A stretch of DNA of 60,347 bases, filler included, from Sluysia triapertura (taxonomy: Eukaryota), in the NCBI GenBank assembly GCA_046118255.1. It is 5 parts of 5 records of this genome, joined end to end, with 100 filler letters (N's around TTAATTAATTAA, not from the genome) between each part and the next. Parts side by side here need not be neighbours in the genome. Positions count along the whole stretch, not along the records: positions 10,954 to 21,779 come from JBJNIA010192951.1; positions 21,880 to 32,964 come from JBJNIA010189142.1; 3 more parts are not named here. One strand, given 5' to 3'. Positions 11,084-25,600 of this stretch are shown here, piece after piece; position 1 is the stretch's first letter, and each line of letters starts with the position of its first letter. Made by a program: the position numbers and the translations under genes. The notes beneath the pieces are model-generated. The model was not told the DNA's origin and made no database searches. It worked only from the letters and a program-made list of their open reading frames with translations.

Positions 11084-11992
11084 AATAATAGATTTGAAAA
11101 CTTTAATATTTACATTAAGCTAAATGATTAATCAGTTGCAACTAAAATGATTGATTAAACTTTAATAATTACATACTTTACATACTTTAAGTTTATTAAA
11201 ATTCATTTATAATTTTCAAAATTATAATTGCTGATTGCGATTCAAAATTCGTTTATAATTACAAATTACTCGTCTATTGAAATCAGTTTAGTTTATTAAC
11301 TCGTTACGTTAAATATCAACTTCTTAATAGACATTTATTTATTAATTGTATCTGGAAATCAAAATTCTATTCGTATCTGATGTAAGCGCTAACAATATCT
11401 GATTTTTTCAATTCAAAATTTCTTTTTAGTCAAATCAAACTATTATAATAGTAGGCAATTGCAAAAATAAATTATTCGTAATTAATGAAAATCTTTAAAA
11501 CAAAATTTAAATTTTATTAATTATAATTTTAGATATTTAAGATACTATACAAATTATACACTAATCAAATTCTTCAATATTAGTATGTCCGAAAACAAAA
11601 TACGCGTAAAAATCAGCGAAGTAGAACATATCTTCTTGTTAATTCGATAATGAAATTATAAAGCAATATTTGATTGATTAAATATTTTGGACGCTAAATA
11701 AAAGATTTGTAATAGTCGTATTTTCTTACAAATTTCTATAGTTTCTTCTGTTAATTTTATTAAGCAATAATCTCGTTCTACTATAATCTCTCTACAATAA
11801 ATTTTTCTATAGTTAATTTCTATTATTAAGCCAATTTTTTATTATCACTAACAATATATAATAAAATTACAATTATTATTATTATTATCGTTGTTAACGA
11901 ATATTATTTTGTTTTTATATAAACTAATAGTTATTCAGCTATTGCCATCCAAATCACTTTCCAATTATTACTGTCATTATCTTATTCAAATT

Positions 11993-12043
11993 ATTATGAT
12001 TATGATTATGATTATGATTATGATTATGATTATGATTATTATT
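11993..12043. repeat. (ATGATT)n microsatellite
   Basis: Direct hexamer run. Confidence 0.9.
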
Positions 12044-13555
12044 ATCACTATGTTCTACGATATTAACTTTATCAGTAACAGAATTACCACAACTTTTTAA
12101 AATTAATCATAATTAATATCTTTTTTAGTACAGTGTTTATAAAAAGTGATACATTTGTGATTAAAAATATCAATTTATATGCGCATATCATCAAGACATG
12201 CTAGTATAAAATCTAAAAAAATGTTCATATGGTATTTTTTGCATCATAAAAAATATTTATTCGAAATAATTTATTACACTTAATAATCTATTACAGTTTG
12301 ATTTCTGTGATGTTTAAATATCACTAAATAATGTATATTTAAATTTCGAATATGATGATTACTACCCATATGCCCAGCTATTTTAGTGAATAAATTATTA
12401 AAATCATCCTTCTTGGTATAGATAATCAATAACGATTATGTCACATTTATGTAGTCCGCTTGACCATTTGTCGTCAAAACCATTAATTACCTTAATATTT
12501 TTTAATTTACCAAAAAATTGAGCTAATCCTGCTTCCCACACCCATCTTGGTGCTAATACATTTTATTAAAGTTATTTTTGAACTTATTACTTTTTAGCAA
12601 CTTACATACAAAAAGTCTTGTCTACTATAATTTGGTTTAAATTATTACAATTATTATTTAAATCAATTTTAAACTTAACTTATAACAACATGTTTATAAT
12701 AAATCAAAATAATAATAAAGTACATTTATTAATTAATTATTTACATTTTTTCTTTAATTTTTTCTAGTAATTCTTATAGAACTTTCTTTTTTATTTCCTT
12801 ATATTCCAAATGCTTATATAATAAAATTAACTCAGGAGCAATGTATATAGATATTCTATGCTTGATTAAATAAAAATTAACAAAACTTTACCTATATTTA
12901 TACTAATTCAGCTTCGTGTAACTTTATTTAGTATTGTACTCCAGTTTCTATTCAATAATAAATTTTCGTCCAAAACTTTCGAATGTTACAGAATGTTGGA
13001 AACGCAAATAGTCCTTATTGTGATTACTGACATATTCCACAGTTTAGTGAAGAATCTAAAAAATAATTAATTATACTTTAATAAAAACATACGTTTTGCA
13101 TTTCACTTAAATTATATCTTTTCAATCTACATTTTCCTCATCTTCTTACATTTAGTTTACCTCGTTGTTCTTTTGTTAATGGTTAGCTGAATTTTGGATT
13201 TTTAGGTAATGGCTTTCGTGTTACTTGATGCAGGTTTATTATTTTTAAAATAATTTGTTAATAATGATAGTGACATATTTATGCTTAACGAACCTAAATT
13301 TACTTCTGCAATAATGACGCCATCCTATATAAAATTAAACTATTAGCATACGTTTCGTAATTGTGCCAACTTACTGATTTATTTGTATAATCCTTTTGAT
13401 TAACTATTTTTGTATTTGTAAAACTTTTATTTTTCCTTTACCTGTGGCACAATAACTTTTATGATAACCTACGTTCATATTATATTTGTGTGGTCCTACA
13501 TTGTGTAATTATAATGTGTATTGCCCTAAATTCTTGTTGTGTACGTAATTTGAAT

Positions 13556-13634
<79 letters not shown>

Positions 13635-16169
13635 GCGCAATTATTTTTGATAATATTAAAATTTAATTTCAAAATTAAACTTTATTTCTAGCAATGCTTA
13701 TAATTTTCCGTCCTACACCAATAATTTAGAATGATTTTGAAGTACTTATATGATATTTCTGTACCCCCAAATCCTTTGCAAAATAAAAAATATTTGAAAC
13801 AAAATAAAATAAATACAAATAGAAATTATTTATTTCGTTCTGTTGATACTTTGGATCTTCTGTAAATGATCCATGCTCAATTTTCTACATCTAAAGATAA
13901 AATAAATTAAAATTAAACATTTGCATTCATTAGGACTCTTCTGTAAATGTGATTACTTCTAATGGATGGAAATTTTCTTTTTAGGACTCACATTGTCCGA
14001 TAATTTGTCGGCCCTCATAGGTCCTCTGCAGTCTCCCCATTTTATCCGAATTTCGAAGAGCTACTTGATACAAATCCATACAAAGCTTAGTTAACAGTTT
14101 GTATAAATTAATTGATTCGTCCAATTTGTATATGACAATGCACGAATGTATGCAATCAATTTGGATTCTGATTGGATCTGAAATATGTTCGATTCGTTTC
14201 TTACGTTGCACAATTCAGCATTTACTATTTGCAAAAATAACCAATTAATTACCTTTTAATTAAATTTTTAATGACTAATATCATCTAAAAAGTGACCTTT
14301 GTAATTAATGTTTGCTAGAATTATTTAAAAATGATGAGATGATTTCTTTGTACATATTTATATAAGCATAAATTTTTCTATCCCTAAGCATTAATAAAGA
14401 AATGATTAAAATCTCTGTTCTTTTTATATGCGAGCATAAAAAAAGTTGTGTATAAAAATGAGGCGCGATTTCTCTTACATAATTTTCGTACGCAAGTTCA
14501 TAAAACAATGCAAAAAACGTCTGATGTTCCAAAATTTGTCAGTGAACCAAAATCAACCGACACAGAAAAATTGTTATCAATAGCAAACGAAAATTTTCGG
14601 CCGATACAGATACATTTGATATAGAATTAGATAATATAATTAATTCATTTATAAAAGATGAAGCACCAATATTCATAAAACCTAGAATGTTTGACTCATG
14701 TGTTTTACAAGAAGATATAATTTACAAATTTAAATCACTTGTAAAATCTGTCAACTCAGTTTGATGCTATTTTATTAGAAATAAGATATAACATCACTAA
14801 ATGATGTACTAAACGAATTCAACATGCCAAATGTAATTTCTGAACATCCTTATATAAAAGTTAATGATAAAACCAATGTTCTGAATATATCACGAGAACG
14901 ATTAGAAGTGTTTGATATAAGACAGTAAACCGAGTACCACCTTCTCGGGAGGGATAGGGTTGGTTTAGCGCAGATATTTCTACTTACTTCTACTAACTAA
15001 TAATAAAACTAAATTCATATATTACAATTATAAGAATTATAATAGAAAATACTAAATAAATAGTGTGAATTAACTTTATCATCTACATCAACATATATTT
15101 GAATTAAATTTTCATTATTCATAATATTTTAATTTTTCTAATAAAACAAGAACAATAATAATATAACAGAAAAATATCTTTCTTTGGATCAGGCAGTGAG
15201 AATACTTTAAATGACCAAAGTTAGCTTTTGAAATGCTTAAGTATTCACATATCTGAAATCAATAAAAGGTCTGATATCACCAGTTTTTACAATAATTTTA
15301 AATAATAAATGATTTGGAATGTGCACCGGGAACAGCCCTACTCAATAATTAAACTATCACCGAATGATTTAATAATAATGCATTATTTAGTTAAATATAA
15401 TATAATAAAAATAAGAATGAAATTACACCGTAACGTTATAAATATCGATAGCTTTTAAATAAAATAAAGTTAGAACCAGATGCATATATTATAATACTTA
15501 TGTATATTATATAGTATATAATGAAACACCTACGAACAACTATTACTCCAAAATGAGACATGTTTTGCATTATAAAATATTGATTACCCAACTAGAAATT
15601 TATTGTAAATATTCTAGAATTTTATTTCAAAAAATACTCAATAAGGATAATGAAAATTCATGATTTTTGAGACCATTATACTGTTATTTATTTATGGATC
15701 ATGTTCATGATCTATTTAAATTTCTAAACACTATGTGTTGACACAGAAATTATTATTATCATTATCATTATTTAATTTAATATAATTATTTTTATTATAT
15801 TTTTTTACAAATGAAAACAACTTATTTAAAGTTCCCGATGTGCTGGTTGACAAGTTGCTTGTATTTCTGTTAATGAAAAGACGGATATTAAAACAATATT
15901 ATTTAATATATTTTTTGTATTGCGACAATTTGAATGTATTTATATTAAACTAGCTGTACCCGTTCACGTGTTGCTGTGTTAAAAATATGAATAAAAAGGC
16001 AGTTTTGATACATCAAACATAATTTATTAATGATCAAAATGGAAATTAGCAATACAATGATCCCTACATATATGTCATTTGAATATAACGTATGTGGAAA
16101 ACATAGATATTCATGGTTACCATGGTTGCACATAGAACCCCAACTCTGATTAAAAAAATTGTCAGAAAT

Positions 16170-16260
16170 CTTCCCGAGGATATACCTAATAATTTCCCAA
16201 AAAACCATACCAAATTGGATGTATGGTTTTTGAATCTATCGAGTACAGACACACACATAA
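16170..16260 (+). mobile_element. Possible piggyBac transposase relic
   Basis: FPKKPYQIGCMVF resembles the piggyBac YIPxKPxKYGxK motif. Flanked by stops. Confidence 0.25.
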
Positions 16261-17217
16261 TTTAAATTTAATTTTTACAGTGAGTGCATAAATACGATGT
16301 ATTAATTCATTTATATTTTTATATCTCTGGACGCGCCGACTAACATTTTCAAAGTTTTAATATTATAATTATTGTATAATAATGATACTCTAAATTTAAC
16401 AACTCAACTTATACGATAAAACTAAGCTTGTTTTAATAAAACTACTCTTCGTCGACTAAAATGGCGTACAAAAACATAGAGCACCTAATGAAATAAATGA
16501 TTAATGAAATAATTAAAGAAATTCAATGTTAATATTAATTTTAAAACCATTCAAACTAATGAATAAGATTTAAAAAGCAATATTTATAATTAATACAAAT
16601 AAACTTATTGTTATTATTATTATTAATATTAAATAAATAAATAAATAAACAAAATGCTGAATTATTTAATACTAAACAATTGGCTCAGTATCTTAACAAC
16701 TCCGCTTTATATTATCAAATGAAATTAAATGAAATTAAAGAAAAGTGATAGAGAAAAATAGAATAGAAGTGTAGTAAAACAATCAAAACATAGTTATTAT
16801 ATATGAAAACTTAATTAATTTTCATAATTTACATGTTACCGTAAAAACAAGAATTGACTTTGTTTATTAGTAAATATACATTGATAATTGGTTTCTTTTA
16901 CATAAATGTTGCTGATGTATTTTATATACACATCGAATAATAAACATATTTTGTAAGAAAATTGTTTTAACAACTTACCTCGCTCAATGACGACAAATAA
17001 TAGATTGTCAGCACTAGCGCTTCTGTTGAGATGGATATATATATATAGATGTTTGCATTTTAAGTACAAGTAATAATAATAATAATAATTATTATTATTA
17101 TTATTATAATAATAAACATACAAACTTCTATTAATAATCATAGTAAAAAAATTTCGATACACCACTACAAATTGTTGTTCATATTGGTGAGAAGTTTTTC
17201 GTTGGATTTAAATTGAG

Positions 17218-19926
17218 ATGGACGCTGTACTTCTAAGTAGTATTTTAACATTTGAAGTTATTTTATTATCCATTACGATGGAGCAATTACACGTGTCAAT
17301 TGAATCGAGTACGAAATCCGAATTAATGATTTTATCCAGTCGATCGATGCCATGTTCTGATTCAGTTACGTTTCATCATAACTATAACAATCAACAGTCG
17401 CAACAATATGACAATATTGGTAAAGCTGATTCAAATAAAACAAATTCTGGTTCAGTATTTGACAATTCTTCAGATCTGTTTACGAAAGCAAATTCGGAAT
17501 CGATACAAACTTGTGTAAAAAATATACAAAACTTTATGGTAGATACAACGGGTAAACATTCAAATAGTCATGATGATCCTAAACCAAATTATAGTTATAT
17601 AGGTACGTTCATATTAGTTGTAATTTTAAAAATGTTACACAATTTTTTATATATATTAAAATTTTATATCATTAAAACTACTTTATCTGAATTAGGCTTA
17701 ATATCTATGGCAATTTTGAGTACCAAAGAAAAGAAAATGGTATTATCAGACATTTACCAATGGATTCAAGATCATTACAGTTATTTTCAATCTAGAGGAC
17801 CTGGATGGAGAAATTCAATTCGTCATAACCTATCATTGAATGATTGTTTTGTTAAAATAGGTTAGTTGATTGTGTAAATGAAATACTGTAACAATATTTT
17901 TTAGAACCTACAATTGTACCATCTTCTTAAATTTTAAATGAATAAACTTTCTTTGTGTTAATTTTACATTAAAAATTTTTTACATTAGTTATAAGTGGAA
18001 TTTACAAAAACTATATTAATTTTTTTATTTTAAATAATTTTAACAAGCACACAATTTAAAGTCTCATTTAAATCTTATAAAATTTCGTTGCGTTCTTAAT
18101 AAATAAATAAATTTTTATTTTTAAATGTATTATGATAAAGTTCATCTTCGACGGTACAATCTTTTTGATTACAACACCAATTTCAAAAAAGAAATAAGTC
18201 TTAGAACAATTTATATAGGAAAATTAAGACTAAGATTAAATATAGATTAGGACGACCTTCAGAACTCGTTTCATCCAATCCAAGAAAATAATCGTTTTAA
18301 ATCATTTAAAATTGTTTGAAAAGATACTAGAATGTGGTGATGTGTTTCGCATAATTTGATAGCAGAGCAGAATTTTATAATTTCTTTATTATGAAGTTCG
18401 AGTACTGAAACATTTTATATGTTAATGAGACTTTCTAAAGGCTGAAGGATTCATAATCTTGTGGTGGAATATAACTGTAATAATCCATAATGAATTATTG
18501 AAAATTTTACAATTTTTTTATTGTGGGAAATTTTTCTTTATGATAAGATCACACAAGATTACATATTTCAATTGTCACTTTTGATATGTAAATAGAATTT
18601 AATTTGGAAATCTTGCCACATTACAGTTGTAGTTCAAATATTTCTCCATCAGATGACGATCTATTTCTCCTTATTCAACATTTCCTAGAATTTGAAGAAA
18701 TGAACAAATATATAAAAGTATCTTTTTATAAGCAATTACATCGCTTGTGCCAGAAAATATCAAAATTTCGGCCAGCATTTATGCAATTTTGCTGCATAGC
18801 AACGCAAGACCACGTATTCCAAAAATCACTGATTTTGTATTAGCAAATTTTGCCTCATTTCAGTTATAGTCACAAATATTTCTTTGTCATGATACTACCT
18901 GTTTCGCTTGAAGCAACACTTCTTTAAACACGGCTAATTTGGAAAAAATAATGCATCGAAATATTCTTACATCGATGAAATAAAAAGTTATCATTGAGAT
19001 GGAAGAAAGAAATCGAAATGGACGATAATTATTTTATGAACTAAATATATTTGGTATTTATAAAGACATGTATTTTTTCAGTGAAGACTTTTCCAAAATA
19101 ATATTTCTTACTAAAACAAAGTTTTAAATAAATTGAAGCAAATAGCATCTATTTATAATTAGGTCGTTCGTCGAATGGTAAAGGCCATTTTTGGGCTATT
19201 CATCCTGCAAATTTAGAAGATTTCAAAAGAGGTGACTTTCGTCGACGTCGAGCACAACGAAAAGTTCGAAGATCTATGGGACTAGCATGTCCAGATGAAG
19301 ATGATACACCGTCTCCATCTCCTACAAGCAGTCCAAAACTTTTGGGGCATACCAATTCATTAGGAATATGGTGTTCAACATCACACAATAATCAAGCACG
19401 ATTTTCCAATCTTGATTGTGGTCCAGTTCCGTTGAAACATACACCTCTTTTTTTATCTTCTCAACCTCAATTAACCCCAAACAATATTTTGTTAAAACCT
19501 CCACATTCATTTATACATCACCACAAATATATATTCCCACATCATTCTTTTCAGTACTCCTTACCTTCATCACATCTTCTCAATCATAATTCAATATCAG
19601 CTGTATCAAATGCCAAATATAATATTCAAAAAAGTAATCAAACTTCATTTCATATTGATAACATTTTATCACAAGACAAAGAACATATCAAACCTACGAA
19701 TAATTCGAATAATCATTTTCTACAAAATCATATCCATTTCTTACAGCAACAATATTGTTTGTGGAAAATAATGGCTTCATTGAAAGATAGGTCTCGCAAT
19801 CAGTTTCATCTATTTCAGAACCAGAATTACGAAAAGTTACCTCAACAACATTTGGAAGCACTTATGGAACATGATATAAACGATAAATGCCATAATCAAA
19901 ATGATAAATTACTCGATACATATTAA
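17218..19926 (+). CDS. FoxQ2: Forkhead transcription factor FoxQ2 (fd102C-like, C-terminal EH1). Exons 17218(or 17278)-17602, 17696-17860, 19163-19926
   Basis: Spliced forkhead domain KPNYSYIGLISMAILSTKEKKMVLSDIYQWIQDHYSYFQSRGPGWRNSIRHNLSLNDCFVKIGRSSNGKGHFWAIHPANLEDFKRGDFRRRRAQRKVRRSMGL. GT-AG sites are phase-compatible. EH1 motif FHIDNIL downstream. Confidence 0.93.
18230..19040 (+). mobile_element. Decayed mariner fragments in FoxQ2 intron 2
   Basis: EILPHYSCSSNISPSDDDLF (YSPDLAPSD-like, seen twice) and LHSNARPR (LHDNARPH-like). Confidence 0.7.
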
Positions 19927-21597
19927 TTTGTGAATAATTATTATGGGGCTTCATCAGTATTGCAAAATAATGAATACTTCGTGTCGAAAAAATGTGATAT
20001 TAATTTCTTCTATTTTGTAATATTCCAAATACATTTAAATATTTTTTTAATGTTTACTATGAATATCAATCAAAATATTTGTATTTTTTATTTGTTTTTT
20101 TACATTTATTTACACACAAAGTTTAAATTATTATTTTTATTATTATTACACTTATATATAGTCACTATAGGGTTTTTAAATATAAAATGAAACTATAATT
20201 AATAATCATAATATTTTTTTTATTTTAATAAACAATAACTCGAATACATTTATTAAATATTGTTGGCGCTCGTTCAAAAATGGATAAAAATTGAAATTAA
20301 CGATGATAAAATATAATAATAAACTCCAAAACCTTCTAGAGAAATTAATATTAATCGTTATGATATTAAAAATAAGAATATCATTTGTAAACGTCTGTAA
20401 ATATTACTTTTTTATCTTTCGTACATATTTCAAAAAAATGTAATGTATAAAATGGTATAAGCCATATAATTTTTACTAAATAGTTGTGATTTTTATTTTT
20501 TAATAAAAACTTTATAGTGATTCTAAGAATACCTTGTTTCTATAAATTGTATAATTCTTTTCATCTTTACAGACATATTGATCTGATTAATATTTTTTAT
20601 ATCACTTATTAAATTTTATGAAACACTAAAACTACAATTTTAATTAAAATTTATAATTTAATATTTAATCATAATTGTTAATAATTATCATATATTATTT
20701 GTATTTTCGAAATAAATATCGTTTGGTGCAATATTTTGATTGCAAATGTTTATATTAAATGTAAAATAGTCATACTGAACCTAAACCCATAAATTTGAAA
20801 TTTTATTATTCATAATTTATTACCTTTTTTGTGTCTCAAACCATTTATTGATGTGTAAATAAATAATTGATAATTTTTTTATATATTTATTTTGTGTTAT
20901 GTGCAAAATTTATTTATCTTAATACAGATTGATCATAAAGTAATTTCGGTGTTTAAAATTTTTTTTACATAATACATAAAAGTTTTCCAAGACCAAGACG
21001 TTTATAAAAACAATTGATAAATCAGTATTTTTTTGTCTGAATTAGTCTATTTTTACTTTTTAGCGCATTTTTAAACTAGATATACCTGTAAGAACATTTG
21101 TTATGACTTTTCGGAATTATTTTTAATACTGGGAAATTTTATATGATATACTTGTATTAATTTATAACGTAATAGATATTTGACTGAGCAATTAAATTAT
21201 AATATAAAGAACTGAATAAATAAATTTTATAAAAAGAATAAAAGGGTTATAACATAAATTAAACAATGCCTAACGATATTGATCTATTTATTTCATTTTA
21301 TTGCATTATTAACATGTATTTTATTGGTACTTAGTACCTTTAAAAGACCTTCACTTTTTAACTATATTTATGTGATGCCGTGCTTTATATATGTTAATAT
21401 AAATTCTCATATTTATATTTATATCAAACACTAAATTTTTATCTATACAATGAAGGGCATTAATAATGTGATAAAAAATATCTACTGACACATTTAAGAT
21501 ACAAATACCGATTGTGATGCACTTACTTTGCATCAAGTGAAAAGAATATCTTGTAAGAAATTGCATTAGAGAATAAAACGAATTAATAAAAAATTAT

Positions 21598-21719
21598 CGT
21601 GAGTTCACCAACGTACTGGACTTACCAGCGAGGGCCAGCCGTTGGATTTTAACGTAAGAAGAAGGATGTTTAACTTAAAACTACGAAGACTTTACTTGAC
21701 TCCTTAATTCTGGAGGTAA
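21598..21719 (+). repeat. ~120-bp dispersed repeat
   Basis: cgtga.ttcaccaacgtactgg.cttacc...tctggaggtaa; second copy on the minus strand at 33811-33912. Confidence 0.7.
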
Positions 21720-21779
21720 ATTCTTAAAAATTTAGTTGTGTCAAATTTAACAAATTGAATTATAATGTTACGTCGATTC

Positions 21780-21879
21780 NNNNNNNNNNNNNNNNNNNNN
21801 NNNNNNNNNNNNNNNNNNNNNNNTTAATTAATTAANNNNNNNNNNNNNNNNNNNNNNNNNNNNNNNNNNNNNNNNNNNN
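21780..21879. other. Artificial contig-joining spacer
   Basis: 44 N + TTAATTAATTAA + 44 N. Confidence 0.95.
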
Positions 21880-21925
21880 CTATGTGGATCATTTTATAAT
21901 TTTAAATTTATAATTAATAATAACA

Positions 21926-22160
21926 TTAGGTTGGTGCATAAATTCTTGTTTTAACTGATTAAGTTATATCCATTATCTATTTAAATCATTTTAGACTAAC
22001 TTTCATTTTCATTTCCCTCATTAAGACGGAGTGTCAGGTAGATAAAATGAACATTTCCGGCATCTACTCCAACAGATTTTCAACTTTTCCGTTCCATGTC
22101 GAACCATCTTTCTGGTCTCACATTTGAAAACGAAGAAGCAATAACAACGTGGATTAATAA
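21926..22160 (+). mobile_element. Internally deleted mariner (same family as 50142-50773)
   Basis: TIR ttaggttggtgcataa, a shared 5' UTR and gataaaatgaacatttccggcatct, fused to C-terminal DFQLFRSMSNHL. Confidence 0.75.
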
Positions 22161-22393
22161 ATAAACGCTTAGACGCATTGAATACATAATTTTAATTACA
22201 CATTAAGATTCGTACTGTTAAGTATGTTACTTTATTTAACACCTTGGTAATTAAAATCCTGGGAATCAACCCAAATTGAGTAAGACTCGAATCACAGGCG
22301 CACTCTTAAATTCTTAGCCATAATTGGAATCAAAACAAAATATTAAATGATTGACATTTTAATTTGTATTAATTTAAATTAATAAAGTCTAAC

Positions 22394-22617
22394 CCAAAAT
22401 TTAACCATAAAAAATGCATCAGTAGGACCTTTTTCAAATTGTTCCTTCAATCCTCCGTTTTCATTTGGATATTTGTCCCAGATTTCTGAAATATGTACAC
22501 TTTCTAGGAAACTGTGAGATAATGTTGAATATGTTGTTTGAAGGTGTGCAAATATATGGCAACAATTTTCGAGTTTCTAAAGCAAATAATTTTTCCTAAT
22601 ATAATAGTAATAGTAAT

Positions 22618-22659
<42 letters not shown>

Positions 22660-25600
22660 TAATAATAATAATAATAATAATAAATCATTCATTTTGCTTT
22701 TTTTCTTAAATATTCATAATCATCTGATATATTTTTGAAACATAAACGGTATATAATCTACCATCTATTTTATTATTACTGTGGATTCTGTATAAATTAC
22801 TCTCATGATTTTGAATTCATCTCTTGCTTTCATTGCTAACCATTGTAATTCTTTAAGATAACGTATTACATATGATCTTCTAACTTGAAATATTAGTCTT
22901 ACTGATTGATTTCCCTTTTCGCACTTATATTCGTTCTTACATTCTATACTTTTAGTTAGCTTTGTACTTTTTTATTTTATCATTGTGGCAATTTTTATTA
23001 ATGAAAATACATTTTATATTATTATTAATGTGAATAGTATTTACAATATTAGTGATTCTAAATTCAGTATACTTTTGAACATTATCTGAATTTATATGGT
23101 ATTTCTAACTATATGATTCATTTGTACTTGAAGCACCACTGATTGATTCCCGAGTAACTACGTACGTTTTACATTATTTAAAACATTGTTTTCTTTCTTT
23201 TAAATTAGATATGCATTGATCTACTGTATCAAAAACAACACCATCAAAACACATTTATTACGACAATATAATTTACTTTTAATGTTGAGTGACATGCTCT
23301 ATAGACAGACTGACACTTCAAAGAGATTGATAATTAATAAACAAAGTAGATAATTAATGCAGCGTGTAGTAAAAAAATATGCTAACATTAACACTATTAC
23401 AAAATGAAATTTACTCATCAAAATTTACTCAAACATTCTAAGAAAAAACTTGTCATTGCAATTTGGATTTAAATAATATATTATACATAACAATAATAAT
23501 AATGATAATAATGATAATATATTTTTAAAATCGTTGTTGTAACTAAATATTAACATATTCTAATTAATCATTCGTGTTGAAGGATATGTGAATGGTTTAT
23601 TGGAAAGAATTTCTACATTATATTACTCAAAGCATTCCCTATAATGCTCTTTTATTCTCTGTTATTATTATTAGCATTATTACTATTATTATTATTATTT
23701 CAAATTGATGTTATTAATATTATTATTAATATTACTATTAATAGTAATATTAATAATAATACATCTGAAATTAATGTACACGATGTTCTATTACAAAAAT
23801 TAAATTTGTTATATTTGACACTAACATAATTTTTAATTTCAAAACAGTCATGGTTGTTATTGTTGTCATTAGTTAATTCAGAAAATACAGTTAATTTGGC
23901 TAAACGTATTTTCAATGTGGCAATACTTCTGGAAATAAATACAGAAAATGATGGTCTAGCATTGTTGTGATAATTTGAAAGATCATTGTGTTGCTGTTGT
24001 TGTTGTTGTATGTGATTTTGTATTATTTGCTGATGTTGTTGAGGTAAATCGTTGACTAATTTCTTGTGATTGTTATTGTTATTAAGAACATCTAACTTCG
24101 ACTGCCACAAAGCCGCATGTAATTGGTGTTGAAGGTGTTGTGGTCGTTGAGATATGTAATTGTTTGGTATAGTTGGCGGAGGAGGTGGAGGAGGTAATAC
24201 TATATGTGAGTGTTGAGATTGAGCTAAAGATTGATTATTTGAAGGTGATAACAATGCCGTATAATTCAAAAAGGTATTGGATAATGAAGTTGAATTGGTC
24301 GGTGTAATTGGGAAAGAAGAAATTGAATGTTGTTGAGATGTATTAATTTGAGAATTGAAATTAAGATCTAAATATAGTAGTTATTTTTGTATAATCAAAA
24401 GAAAATACATATTAAGAAATGACACAATACTAATACTTATAAATCGAAAGGCATATATACAAAATATTATTAAAATTTAGTTTAAGTAAGATTCTCTTGT
24501 ATTTTAATATTCATAAACGTGTTCAGCCCAGAATACCACGGAAGGTGCAAGTTGAATTACATGCGAATGAAAAACTCTAGAAGTTCTATAACAATAGAGT
24601 TGACACAAAAGGTTTAGTTATTGTCAGTGATTCCAAATAATCTCTGGAAACAATCAAATCAAGCCAAAATAATTAATTAAAGATGTATTAGAAAATGAAA
24701 TATCAAAGAAAATTTATCAATATGTCCATATGAAACACAAATTCAATCTTAGTGAAACATTAAAAAAATAAAAAACAGCCTACTCGGTAAACAAATTGAA
24801 TGTCATTAACATATAATAATTTATACAATCCACAGCGATACTAAGCTAAGAGATAGGTTATATGCCATTTGATTCAAAAATATGCAACTAGAAACCAGAT
24901 AATTATTATTGAAAGAATACGAAATATTTAAGAAAAAGACAAAATTCGTTCTGTTTCAAAAATAATTTAAGCATCTTGAAGTACTTATTTTGCATTAAAA
25001 TATTTACTTTAATATTTATATCTAAAGAGAGCATTGCTTCCTTTTAGATAAAGATTCATGCTTTGAGATATGTGAGACGTCGCATTATCCCTTTATTATT
25101 ATTATTATTTTTAAATATTTTGAAATTATTTCCAAATTCCTAAATATTTATTTTATCTATTAAAACTTTATTGTTATACTATTAAATGTAACATTATTCA
25201 GTGCATTATGAAACTTTATTAATTTCGATATAAATGTAAAAATTTGTGAATATTATATTGACATATTTCTCAAACTCCTAAAAAGTTAAAATAATCGAAA
25301 ATGTTCCTAAAACGAATGTTCACCATATTCTTACAAATTCAACAACAATATTTAAGTTGTAGCATGAATATCAACTGTTGTGAACATTTAAAATATTGAT
25401 ATAATAATTATATTACTGACATTGATTATTATTTTATATTAAACACATTTTCTTCTTCTTTAGTACACATATTAAAAAGTCGTCCTTGGACAGATAAGTG
25501 TCCTATTTTTCTAATAAATGTGAGTAATTATTGGCACTGGATAAAAAAACTACAAATTTAAATTATAAACAGTTAATACAGTTATTTATGTATGTTAAAT

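Noticed and set aside
21351-21566. ORF ending ARHHINIVKK as the last TEAD exon (cf. AQHHIYRLVK)
   Set aside because: It lies across the spacer and lacks the preceding conserved TEAD motifs.
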